From the human T2T-CHM13v2.0 reference genome, Homo sapiens, in assembly GCF_009914755.1 (NCBI RefSeq), contig NC_060944.1: DNA of 64,000 nucleotides; one strand, given 5' to 3'. Position 1 is the stretch's first letter, and each line of letters opens with the position of its first letter. The notes beneath the pieces are model-generated. The model was not told the DNA's origin and ran no database searches. It saw only the letters and a list, made by a program, of their open reading frames with translations. Both the position numbers and the translations under genes were made by a program. Shown one piece after another: positions 24,800 to 36,952 of this stretch.

Positions 24800-25296
24800 A
24801 ATTTGCATGTAGAAATACAAATTCTCAGGCCTCACCGCAGATTTCCAAAATCAGAAAGTCCAGAGTGAAGCTCTGCAATTTGTGTTTCAATGAGAACTCT
24901 AGGGCAGGAGCCTCCAACCCCTGGGGTGCGGACTGGTACTTGTCCGCGGTCTGCTAGAAACCGGGCCGCACAGGAGGCGAGTGTCAGCTGAGCAAGCATT
25001 GCAGCCTGAGCTCCACCCCCTGTCAAATCAGCAGTGGCATTAGATTCTCAAAGGAGCAGGAACCTTATTATGAACTGTGCATGCGAGAGATCTAGATTGT
25101 GCACTTCTTATGAGAATCTAACTAACTAATGCTTGATGATCTGAGGTGGAACAGTTTTACCCCAAAATCATTCCCCTCACCCCCGACCCCATTCCTGAAA
25201 AAAATTGTCTTCTACAAAACCCGTCCCTAGTGCCAAAAAAGTTGGGGACCACTGCTCTGGGACATTCTGATGTGTGTGGGGGTTGGAGAATTACCG
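24800..25296 (+). mobile_element. MER5A-like hAT MITE split by MER1B
   Basis: AGAAATACAAATTCTCAGGCCTCACCGCAGA..ATCAGAA on the left; ATTCTGATG..TTGGAGAATTACCG on the right. Confidence 0.65.
24905..25254 (+). mobile_element. MER1B hAT-Charlie MITE
   Basis: CAGGAGCCTCCAACCCC..GCATTAGATTCTCA..TTATGAGAATCTAA..GTTGGGGACCACTG. Degenerate 8-bp TSD CTCTAGGG/CTCTGGGA. Confidence 0.9.
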
Positions 25297-26852
25297 TGTT
25301 AAAAAAAACTGTAAGTGCTATGAGCCAGTCCCCAGAAGGGTTCTCTTCTTTAGTTTTAGTTATCCAGGAAATTAAAGTAACGTTGGCATTATAGTTAATT
25401 GTTGTGCCTTGGGGAATGAAGGCTTGGATGTTTATTTTCATGTAGAAATGAGGCTCATATTCTCTTTCAGGTGACTTCAAGAGGAAAAAATGTTATAACC
25501 TGAAAAGTTTACATTAATCCTTTTTAACTCCCATACTCTGAGATTCCAACTTCTGTGTAGAGTAGAACTGTGGGCTCCTGTCCACTGCATGCCCTTTCTG
25601 TGAGTCAGAGGACATGCTCTCCTTGACTCCTCCCATGGAGGGGCTCTTCCATTAGCATACCACAACAGAGAAAAGAATCTGCACAATCATGCAGTCTCTC
25701 CAGGGTTCAAAGAAAGCGGCATTGTGCTGAAGTATGGAGGTGAAATTCTCATTCTCTTAGTAACTGCTACTAGAATGTTTCTTATTTGGGAAATTAACCT
25801 TTGATCTGGTAGCTGAGATCGTGAGGATAAAAACGTGCTATCTGAAGGAGGTGGAACTATAAAATAGAACCAAAGGACTTTGCATGATTCCAGAGGCGGA
25901 AACCCTGCTGTGCCCGAGGGAGGAGAGGAGACCAGAGAAAGCAGAAGAAGGTGGGAGGGGTGATGCTGAAAGTGATGCACAGGGTGATGCCAAAGCTCAT
26001 CTTCAGGAAAGAGGCAGTGGTGAATCCTCTGTGGTTGGGTGGGTGAAGGAAATTTCTAGATGCCTAAAATTAAATTAAAGAACATTTGTGTTACTGCACT
26101 AGAAATACTCCTTCTCTCCCCCACTCTACTTGTAAACATTTTCTGTGTGCAGGATATTTTGTGTGTGGAAGACAAAGTGAAGAGGTCGGTTGGATTCTGA
26201 GGCAGGAAAGCAGCAGCCAGGAGACAGAGGTTGCCACGAACGTAAACATGCCGTGAATATGTCCAGAAATCCTGGGCAGGACTTTAAACTTCCACAGAGT
26301 GTGGAAGTGGGATTTGGACTGTGATTTATTCAGGTTTCTAAGGCAAAGATACCTCAGTGGATGACAAATTTGCATTTATTTGTGATGGTATTTGTTCATA
26401 GTCATCATTCCAGGCAACAATTTTACACTGACAAGTGCAGAGAGAATTTGCTGTATTGCCCTTGACAAATGAAAGGAACAACAGTCTTCTTACCACCCTG
26501 GACTTCCCTCCTCTAGGTCAATATTTGTGCTGTCTTGTCTCTAAAAATGTAGTCAAATCCACTGTGGCCCTAATTTAAACCATGATTAGAGAGCTCATAT
26601 AAAGAAGACCTGGGCTCAGTGTACTCAGAACCTGTCTTCAAAATCTCTGTACATCTTGCTACTTTGACCTTGAACATTTTATACAATCCATATGCTCTTG
26701 ATCCCAAGGACCTCTAAAAGCAAGTCATGAATATCCAGTGATAACTATCTTGGACCCCCTACAGTCTATTTCCAATGGCCACCATTCTGCTCAGCTTCTG
26801 ACCCCTGAATTCCTTTCCTATTTATGCGTATTCTTCACTTTGATCCTTGAGC

Positions 26853-27100
26853 CAGGGGCTTACAAACTCACTACCTCAATGGTACAAAGTAGATAACACA
26901 AATGAGTGAAATGAGTTGGGAGTAAGCAATACAGAGTGGGAGGGACTGTGGCAAACTGGAGAGTTCATGCACCATCTAACAGGTAGTGGTTACCAGCTCC
27001 AGCAATGTGTTCCCATAGGGGAAATGCAGACCCAGGCTGATAGATCTTCCAATCTTTAAATGCTGACAACTCATTCCAAATTATTACGAATTAGTGCTTG
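26853..27100 (+). mobile_element. MER102-like hAT element
   Basis: CAGGGGCTTACAAACTCA..AAATGAGTGAA..GGGACTGTGGCAAACTGGAGAG. Confidence 0.7.
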
Positions 27101-27164
27101 AGCAAAAAAAAAAAAAAAAAGAAAAAAAAAAAAAAAAGAAGAAGCTGTAGAACTTAGGATCCCA

Positions 27165-27400
27165 AGCTTCAGAGACTTTCTGGGTTCAATTTCTGAGTCC
27201 TTCACTTCCTTACTGAGTGACCTTGGCCAAATGGCTTAACCTCCATGTGCTTCAGCTCCCTCATTAGCAAAATGTGGAGAGTAATAATCTTCACCCCTCA
27301 ACGTGGTAATGAAGATGAAGTACATTAATAGGTAATATATGTGAATTCCTTAGAGGCATGCCTGGCAAACAGAGGCATGATATAGTTGCTGGCTGTTGTT
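27165..27400 (+). mobile_element. MIR SINE
   Basis: CTGGGTTCAA..GTGACCTTGGCCAA..GCATGCCTGGCAAACAG. Confidence 0.8.
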
Positions 27401-27930
27401 ATTAAGCCTAGGGGCTGGTTTGATCTATGGCATTTATGACCTCTCATGTGGAGGCTTTGGCTCTACACTTTGTAATGCCCCTGGCTGCCCTGGAAATACA
27501 CTCCGCATGCCTGGCGCTCCAGCCAGAGTGGAAATGTTGGTCATCTGCTATGAATCACTCTGCAGCTGGATCCTGATGCCATTGTTCAGGCCTCTTGTGT
27601 CCTGATCCTGCAGTATCTGGACACTGACTCCACTCTTCAGTTACTTAGGACCCAAGTTTCTGCCCCCATACCCCAGGTCCTTAGCAGGGCTTCCTTAACT
27701 TTGTGACATTTCACATTCCCTCTGCTCCATTGTGCTGCTGTCCCAGACTTGAAACCTCATTTCCTGAATGGACTTGACCAGGCTGCATGGCCTTGTGCCT
27801 CTCTGCCCTGTGTCTCCCATGTTGACCTACTCTAGCCTACTTCTGCCTAAACCATGGCTAAAGAAAAAAGAAATAATAAGCTGCTAAGAAGGTAAGCTCA
27901 GCCACTGATTTTTCTACACCTACAGTTTAG

Positions 27931-29006
27931 TGTTGCGGGAAGTCAGGGGCCCCGAATGGAGGGACCTGATGAAGCCATGGCAGAAGAACATAAATTGTGA
28001 AGATTTCATGGACATTTATTAGTTCCCCAAATTAATACTTTTATAATTCCTTATGCCTGTCTTTACTGCAATCTCTGAATATAAATTGTGAAGATTTCAT
28101 GGACATTTATCACTTCCCCAATCAATACTCTTGTGATTTCCTATGCCTGTCTTTACTTTAATCTCTTAATCCCATCATCTTCGTAAGCTGAGGAGGATGT
28201 ATGTCACCTCAGGACACTGTGATGATTGCATTAACTGCACAAATTGTTTGTAGAGCCTGTGTGTTTGAACAATATCAAATCTGGGCATCTTAAGAACAGG
28301 ATAACAGTGATGTTCAGGGGACAAGGGAGAAGTCTGGCTGCCTGTGGGCCGGGCAGAACAGAGCCATATTTCTCTTCTTTCAAAAGCAAATAGGAGAAAT
28401 ATCGCTGAATTCTTTTTCTCCGCAAGGAACAGCCCTGAGAAAGCGAATGGGTGCCTAGGGGCAGGCCTCTAAAATGGCCGCTCTGGGGACGTCTGTCTTT
28501 TATGATTGTAGATAAAGGATGAAATAAGCCCTGGTCTCCTGTAGTGCTCCCAGGCTTATTGGGACGAGGAAATTCCCACCTAATAAATTTTGGTCAGACT
28601 GGTTGTCTGCTCTCAAACCCTGTCTCCTGATAAGATGTTATCAATGACAATGTGTGCTGGAAACTTCATTAGCAATTTTAATTTCACCCCAGTCCTGTGA
28701 TCTTGCCCTGCCTCCATTTGCCTTGTGATATTTTATTACCTTGTGAAGCATGTGATCTCTGCAACCCACACCCTATTCGTACACTCCCTCCCCTTTTGAA
28801 AATTACTAATAAAAACTTGCTGGTTTTACGGCTCAGGGGGCATCATGTGATGTGGGAACCCGCCGACATGTAATGTCTCCCCCAGACACCTAGCTTTAAA
28901 ATTTCTCTCTTCTGTACTCTTTCCCTTTATTTCTCAGACTGGCCGACACTTAGGAAAAACAGAAAAGGACCCACGTGAAATATCAGGGGCTGAATTTCCC
29001 CTAATA
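27931..29006 (+). mobile_element. MER11 (HERV-K HML-8) solo LTR, MER11B/C-like
   Basis: Starts TGTTGCGGGAAGTCAGGG, ends GAATTTCCCCTAATA. Length 1076 bp. Perfect 6-bp TSD GTTTAG (27925-27930, 29007-29012). Internal duplication of about 90 bp starting ATAAATTGTGAAGATTTCATGGACATTTAT. AATAAA at about 28808. Confidence 0.95.
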
Positions 29007-31059
29007 GTTTAGGAGCTTTGATCCCAAGTAAGAGAACATTTTCAACTTTCTAACATTTTCAACATAACATTTAACATAAGACCTCCTGGCCACCTCCCAA
29101 CACACACATATACACACACATAATATTAGACAAACCTCAAGGAAAATAAAACAGCCAAAAATAAGATACACAGTGACAAGATATTTATAAATATGAGAAA
29201 GGCAAACACATGTAGGAAGAAAAGCTGGATAGGGAAGACAGAGAGAAGTTTGTAGCTTTAGTATCTAAAGAAGTAATAACCAAACTGCCGTACAGCACCA
29301 AGTCTCCAACAGCTAAGAATAGAACTCTGTGAATGCACGATTACATTGAATATTGGACCCCAAAGATTATGAACAGTATGGCTGAAGGTAAAAGCAGTGA
29401 GAGGAAACTTTGAAAGCTAGACTTGAGGCCATACACAGTAACATTTATATTTCATTTTGCAGGTTATAAAGCAGTGTCCCCTCATGAAATTATAGTCATC
29501 TATTTCCACATCTGTCTGCTAAATCAGACCATTTGCTCTTTGAAAGCCAGAACCATGCCTTTCCGATTTTGATCTCTGTGCCAAGTGCATAGCACATCTT
29601 CCACATAATTGTTTCCTTCTGCCTTCACAATAATCCCACAAGACAGGCAAAGCTGCAGTTATACCAGGTGTTGACTTTGTTATCATTAAACTTCCTTCAT
29701 GCATTGTGCCTTGTGGAAAGAAATATGGTTTCTGATCCCACAGAAAATGAGTTAGGACAGCATAGAAACAGAGAAACAAGATGTCTTCATCCAGAAGAAC
29801 CTTCAAGTTTGCTATTTATCCTCCAGTTCGGTTGCTTTAGAGGGTGTTGAGCAAAGCAAAAGTTGGGCAACAGGAATAAAACATGCTGTTAGAACAAGAC
29901 AAATGAAATCAACGTTCTGTCCTGTTCTTTTGTATGCTTTGGGCTGTCTTGGAAAATACCCCATCTGCCGAGGGTCCTGGTAAGGGCCCTTCTTGCCATT
30001 CTCCTTGAGGAATGGAGAGACTGAACACCTTTATGGATCACTCTGTAGCACCAAAATATGACTCTAAATAAGTCACCCCAAATAAACCAATAGTAAACTC
30101 ATGGGAAATGAGCAATCCACCTATGGTCATGCTCACCTTCTCTACTTCTCTTGAACTTCTATAGGCCTCCACTATTTTTCCATCCATGTTTCTCCACCGA
30201 AGTCTCCACAATGATGAAGGAAGGCAGAGGAATGAGAATTCATTGGAACTTGAGGCTTGCCTTAGCAGAGATACTCAAAGTCTCATTTGAATTGTCAAAA
30301 TGAGGTGGTTGTGCTGTTTATTTATTTTGTCAGCAGATTTAAATTATTAGCACTTCTTCCATCCCATGGGTAATTTAAATTTGGCCATAGAAAACAGTAA
30401 GTACATAGAACAGTTTTTGTCTTAGAGTGGTAAAGAAGGATAAATATTAAAAAGTGGACAGGGTTATTTTACGAAGGTGGAATGAATTGATCTTAACTGC
30501 ATATATACTTTCCAATTGCTTCATCCCTTGGGCCTTCCATTTGCTTTTTATAATTTATAACTCACAACTTAAACATTTAGCCATGAAATTAAAATGGTCT
30601 AAAAATAAAGCAGTACATTTTGGAGCCAAATAAATCCACTGCCATTAGCGCACAGAAATTTGTATGCTGCTAATTGCTAATTATTCATATGGCTAACATA
30701 ATCCAAGCAGAAAGAAAACAAAGACAAAAAGAAGGAGATCTGGGGAGGACTGAAAAAATAAGCCCCGAGTCAAGCAGAGCAACTTCATCAAATTTCCTGA
30801 CAATAAATTAACAGAGCTACCTTGCCTACTCCCAGTTTCTCTTGAGAAGCCAAACTGGTTGTGTAATCTAAAGACAAACAACAGGCAGGAGAGGAGGGCA
30901 CCGGATGAGAGCTCTTCTTTTAGCCTTTTCTGGGCCCAGTTGTGAAGAGGTGCGAGTTTCAGGGCCCCCCCAGATGAGCAATAAGTTGGTGTCTTTATCA
31001 GGTTGTCATTAGGGAGCACTTTTTCTCCTTTCGTGTCTTTGGGCTCATCGTTGGCAAAT

Positions 31060-31073
31060 GGAATGACTCAGCA
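31060..31073 (+). promoter_or_regulatory. NRF2/MAF-type ARE (contains AP-1) overlapping a TEAD core
   Basis: GGAATG 31060-31065 overlaps ATGACTCAGCA 31063-31073 in unique sequence. Function is inferred. Confidence 0.4.
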
Positions 31074-31669
31074 TGCCTCACTGATTATCTTTGGAAGAAA
31101 TTTGTGTCCAAGGAAGAAGCCAGGCCGAAGTAGGGAAGTGATGTCTCCTCCTACCTTTCTACTCAGGGGCTCCTGTATGCTTTTGTTCTTGGAGTGAGTG
31201 TCCCCAGCCTCCCATTGAATGAGGTAGACTTTCAGAGCTGAGTGGGAATTAAGAAAGCATCCACTTCAATTCTCACAAACAAACTGAAGACCAGAGAAGG
31301 GTGATGATTTACCCAGGGCCACATGGCTACTAGGAAGCAGAACAGGGATTTCAAGCCAGATTCGCTGATGTCTGGACCAAGGCTCTTTCAAGAAACCCCT
31401 GTGCCTGCCCCACCTCCCAATAAAAACATGTTTCTGTCCAATGCCATGAGGTCTTTGATACACTTTCTGTGTTTTAATGGGTGACAGTTTGTATGAAAAA
31501 ATAATCTGTACTGCCATGTGAATATGGACACGTGCATTTTTTTCTTTTGAATAACAAGCATTGTTTGTCTAAATATTGCAAAGCACAAACAATGTGGTCT
31601 GAGAGCTCTACTCCTAGATAACTCCTGCAGATTTTTAAAGTACATGTACATTTTTGGTAATAATAAATA

Positions 31670-31860
31670 TAACATTTATTAAATTATTATTATGTGCCAG
31701 ACATATATTCATATAGTTCTAAAAACAGCATTCTGAAGTAAAAGTTATTATTCCTGTTTTATAAATAAGAGAACTGAGGCATGAGGAAATCACACAGCTG
31801 TTGATGGAACCTGGATTTAATTCCAGAAAGTTTGGCTTTAAGGCTTATGCACTCATTGAT
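31670..31860 (-). mobile_element. MIR SINE
   Basis: TATGTGCCAGAC..TTATTATTCCTGTTTTATAAATAAGAGAACTGAGGC. Confidence 0.75.
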
Positions 31861-32186
31861 CGGATGTACCAAAAGTTATAAAATGTATATCAAAGCCTTC
31901 TACCATGCCCTGCTGGCTTTCTTCCCAAAAGTTAGCCAATTTTTAGTCTCTTACCAGGAAAGAAAGTAATGCTTGTACCAACATGCTATATTAATACACA
32001 GACGCACACACTACCGTATTAGGAGGTCCTCTTCTGCATGGCTGACCTCTGCCTCGTGGTCCTCCGGCCTTTGTCTCTCTCTCTGGATCACCACAGTGCC
32101 TGGCCCTGGAGTCTGGAGATTTCCCAAGCTGCAATCCCTTAGGCTGTATGAGTAGGGGTGGGAGGGGGTGGTATTCATTCCCTCTC

Positions 32187-32665
32187 TGAGTCAGTCAGGG
32201 GCTCCATGAGAAACAGAAGGCAGACTCGTTGCATTTGCCCGGAGAGAGTTTAATGAAGTGAGCAGGACTAAGGACCCCAGAAAGGCAGGGTGAAGCCCTC
32301 AAAGACCAGCAGCAGTAGGAAGCCGTTACCATCTCAAGGGTGGAAGGAGCAAGGGGAGAGATCATGTTATTGGAACTTCTTCCAAGGAAAATCCTTGGAA
32401 GACGGGGTTCTGGACAGGAGCAGTGGCCACAGAGGGATGCAGACAAATCTCAAAGAAGCTACACGGAAATAGGGGGAAGGAGTATAAGGACTGTTCTCTT
32501 CATCTCCACCCTCCAGTTTCCCGAGGAAGGTTCCTCTCACTGGCTAATCCAACTAACGCCAGGGGGCAAAGAAGCCCAGGAGATGCCGCCCTAGAGGTCA
32601 GCCACCCTGGGACTAGAGGAGGATGGAGATAAGCAACGAATAGAAGGGGAGCAAGTGAATAAGAA
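32187..32665 (-). mobile_element. Old ERVL LTR (LTR33/LTR41-like)
   Basis: AGTCAGGG..GAAACAGAAGGCAGACTC..GAGAGTTTAATGAAG..TCTCACTGGCTAATCCAAC pattern. Confidence 0.5.
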
Positions 32666-33059
32666 CTAGCCATGGAGCCCCACGATGATGGGGAGGGCCA
32701 GGAAACCCCAGCTTTCTCTATGGAGACCTTCAGCCAATCTCCACGAGCTCAGCTGCGTCCAGCCCTGATCCCTGCTGTGCCAGATTCCTCTTTGTTGAGA
32801 GTCTGAGCAGCTCTTGAAGGCCTTTCGGCCATGCCCTACAGTGTAGATGGCGTTTCTGCTCCTCTCCCATCTGCTTCTTTCCTCCTACACTCAGTGGACA
32901 CTTCTCATCCAATGAATGTTGTTTCTCTCTCATTCTCTTTGAATTTGTGGGTTTAAAGAGTCATCTTTTTTTAAAATGCCATTTTAGTAAGGTCTTGAGA
33001 AGGAGAGAATTAAAACGCATGAGGTCAAACCACTAAGTTTAACTGAAAAGTTTAATAGA

Positions 33060-33866
33060 GCCTTGAATCTTTAAATATATGTTTTTCTGGATAAGTTTAT
33101 TTCTAGGTATTGTATATTTTAGGTTGATAATTAATTGATTTTTTAAAATTTATTTTCAAGCTAAATTCTTAGTTTTCAGATAAGGATAAGATTTTTAATA
33201 TTAATATTTAATATAATATTTTGTACATTAACTTAGTTACTAGTCATCTTACTAAATGAGTTTATTTTTTAAATTGTAATTTATTTGGCTAGAGTAATCT
33301 AGGTATATGTTTTCTATCAGAGCAAATGATACATGTTGCATGCTTCTTTCACACACACACACTATATATACATGTATATATGTATATATACTCATATATA
33401 CATGTACATGTATATATACACATATATACATGTACATGTATATATACACATATATACATGTACATGTATACGTACGTATGTATACATGTACATGTATACG
33501 TACGTATGTATACATGTACATGTATATGTGTATATACACATATATACACATATACACACATGTCTATGTATATATACACATATACACACATGTCTATGTA
33601 TATATACACATATACACACATGTCTATGTATATATACACATATACACACATGTCTATGTATATATACACATATACACACATGTCTATGTATATATACACA
33701 TATACACACATGTATATGTATATATACACATATACACACATGTATATGTATATATACACATATACACATGTATATGTATATATACATATACATGTATGTA
33801 TATATGTGTATATATACATATATGTATATATATACATATATGTTTGTGTATATATATACACATATA

Positions 33867-33904
<38 letters not shown>

Positions 33905-34800
33905 CTTAGTATATTTTTCTTGTTTAACTTCTTTGGTTAGTACTTCCAGAATAATGTTAAATAAGTTTTAATAGCATTCTTGTCCTATTTATAAAATAGA
34001 AATATTTCTATTTTTTACCTTTAAATATGGTAATTCATATTCTATATGTGATTATTCCACTTCATGACTCATATGCCATCTATTCTTATTATACTGTTTT
34101 TCCTTTTAAATGAGAGGGAAATGTAGGATATTTGCAACTGCCTTTTTAAATTTAATGAGCTAATCTTATGTTTTATATCATTTGATTTACATTATACTAT
34201 GTTAACAAGTTATGCATTATATTAGATTTTTGAATTCCTGGAATAAATATTTGATTACAATTCCCTGTTATTAACAATATGCTCCTGAGTTTTATTTGCT
34301 AATATTTCATTAAGATATTGACTTTAGTAACCATTTTCTTAGAAAACAGTTATCTTAATCTAGGCTTTCGATTTTATTTCTAAAGTTGTTATACATGTTC
34401 TGTTTTGTGATTATTTTAATTTTGTCTGTATCAATTAGTGTTTCCTTTTTTACATTTTTTTTACTTCTTGTGTGTTTCCACATTCTTGCCCCTTTTTTTC
34501 CTAGTTAAGTTTTTCATTTTCATAGTTTATTATTGCTATTATTTAAATATAGTTTTTCTTTTAAGTTTGTTTTGGTTTTGTGTATAATCTCTCCTTCCCA
34601 CACCCCTGCTCCAACATTTTCTAACTCCTTATTTTATTCTATTTTCATTATTTCTTCGCTTCTGTTTTCTTTAGATTATTTTATTCTTCTTTGTCTTTTT
34701 TATTTAGATGCTACATTTATTTAATTTTGTATTTCCTAATGATTATATAGCATTTAAGACTTTAAAATGTGTTAGGAATTAAGCTTTAGCTATAATAAGT
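33060..34800 (-). mobile_element. Highly decayed L1ME hosting a complex TA/CA repeat
   Basis: TTTATTTCTAGGTATTG..TACTTCCAGAATAATGTTAAATA..TTCCTGGAATAAAT..TTTGCTAATATTT; very T-rich. Confidence 0.6.
33350..33905. repeat. Complex alternating purine-pyrimidine repeat containing a 30-bp minisatellite
   Basis: TATATACACATATACACACATGT(C/A)TATGTA x7 at 33541-33750, flanked by TACATG/TACGTA units and (TG)n(TA)n. Confidence 0.97.
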
Positions 34801-36406
34801 TGTGCTGATTCTTAAACATTTCTTGCTCTTTCATTCACTGAAGTTTTTTCCCCAAAACTGCCATAGTTTTGACCCTTTAATAATTTATGATGGCATCCTC
34901 TTTGTTATTATAATGTTTACTCTTTTATTCTTGGGAGTACTGTTATTATTTTGTGTGGCAAAAAAAAAAAAAAAAAAAAAAGAGTTTTAGCAACATGCTT
35001 TCAAACTGCCCCTGTGAGCCTCAAGTCCTGGGCATGTGACTTTTTGACATGAGTAATTTGATCTGCCACCAAGTCAAAAGTTTTTTGTTGTTGTTGTTGT
35101 TTTGTTTTGTTTTTTAACATGAGGACATGGTGACAAGTGCAAAAGAATTAAAAGATTTAAAAATATACACTGGATTGTGAGCCAGAGTCTCAAACACAGA
35201 TGTGTCATATAGGTAGTGTTCTCTGATTTTGTAACTGAAAAACTTTGTGGCTCTCCACCTGTCTCTCTAGTACCATTTGATCTAGCCTATTCCTGATCTT
35301 CTCCTTGTTGAATCCAGTGATTTCTTTTCATTTACTTTTGTGTACAAGTCACAGAGTAGAACTCAGAATTTCTAGCCACCTAGATGGCTCTCATATCCCA
35401 AGGAAATTAACAGGGGCATCAGTAGGGACTGGACTGTGTCCACTGCTCCTTGGCTGAAGTGATCTTCTTGAAGCCAGTAGTGCACATGTCTTTCTCAGGA
35501 AGAGTTTCATGCTCACTCTGGCTTCTGGCTGTACTCAGTCTTGGAGCTCTAACTACATTTACCCCTGGCTTCTATTATGACATATGCAGCATGAACTTTT
35601 GATGAAATAATACATATCGTGTTGCTTAACCAAATGACCCCAGGAGCAGGCACACAGCTACTTGCTCTCTCTCTCTCCCTCTCTCTGCCAACCTCATACC
35701 AGACTTGGGGTCATGATAAACTATAGGAACCTTGTGCACACCACTCAAATCCAAGCGAAGTAGAGGTGTCTTTGACACCAAGAGGTGCCATAATGTCATC
35801 TCTCTAATGCCCTCCTTCATAAGGATGAATTGGGCAGAAAATGCAGTGTTTCCATCCACCAAAGGCCCAGACAAGAAACAGAAGCAGAGCAGTGGTTCTC
35901 TTCCACTTTTGCTTCCCCCAGCATCAAGGTGTGAGTTCACTTTGCCCACTTCCTTTTTCTAAGCCTTTCCTCTCCTTTTGTCTTTGAAACTCCCTTTTGT
36001 CTAGTAGACTGTGCCCTACAGTAGAAGGGATTTCAAATCACCATGCAAATCTGCACAACCCTACATGCGAGAATGATGGATTACTGAAAGATGGATGTAG
36101 TATCTCTGCATTAGCTATAAATTATAACTGCAGCTACCTCTTACTTCTCTGTAGAGGGCAAGTAGGAGAGAACCTATAACTACACCATGTAGGTTGAAAA
36201 TTGAGCATCAGTGGATACTTCGAAATATCCTACTATGCAAAGTAATATGCTAAACAAACTCCCCCCAACCTTAAACTTTTACTGTTCCTTATCACAGACT
36301 CTTAGATTTATGTTAGGGATAGGGCTGTGTAATCTCAGAGTGGGGAATGGTACAGATTTGGTCCAGAGACTGGGGTAAAAGTTCAGAAATGGAATTAGGT
36401 TGGAAT

Positions 36407-36952
36407 TAAAGTGGTGTCGTTGCCTTGGGTAAAAATACCTGGGTTTCATTGTCTCACTCCAAGAAGATTAAAAGAAGATCTCCCAAATAGGAGATCCAGC
36501 TTGTGGCAAGAGAACCAGATATTATAGGCAGGCTTGAGGAGGCGGTGTCTGATTTATGTAAGGCCCACAGATTGGTTGGACCAGGTGTGACGTTTACATA
36601 GCCAGCAGGGAAGGCTGCCCACCCCACCCTAATCTTATTATGCAAATGAGCTTTCCACTTGGCCAGTGTCATCTTGTCTGCTCTTTAAAGGTACACATGG
36701 CTGGCAAAGAAGGGAAGATGGAGCTGCCATGTTTGATATGGCTAGCCCCAGGTAGCCTTTTCCTATTGGCACAACTGCCATCATTCACCCTTACAAGCTT
36801 CTAGCTTGCTTGCCTATGTCTGCAGCTAAATTTTACAGGCTGCTCTTTGTTACAGAATGATTTGGGGACTGCTTTTCATTAAAAGGAAAACCTTACTGAG
36901 GACTCCTATACTTTCACCATCTGCCTAAGATTTCATCTTAACTCTTACATCA
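36407..36952 (-). mobile_element. ERV1 solo LTR, MER61-like
   Basis: Reverse complement starts TGATGTAAGAGTTAAGATGAAATCTTAGGCAGATGGTGAAAGTATAGGAGTCCTCAGTAAGG. 4-bp TSD GAAT (36403-36406, 36953-36956). Confidence 0.8.

Noticed and set aside
27990-28170. Tandem duplication of about 90 bp as a novel repeat
   Set aside because: It is a standard internal feature of MER11 LTRs.
33541-33750. 30-bp direct repeats as a CRISPR array
   Set aside because: Head-to-tail units with no spacers, no cas genes, and the DNA is primate.
33252-33971. Overlapping 100-212 aa ORFs on both strands
   Set aside because: Artefact of the stop-free TA/CA repeat; translations are low-complexity Y/I/H/T/V/C/M.
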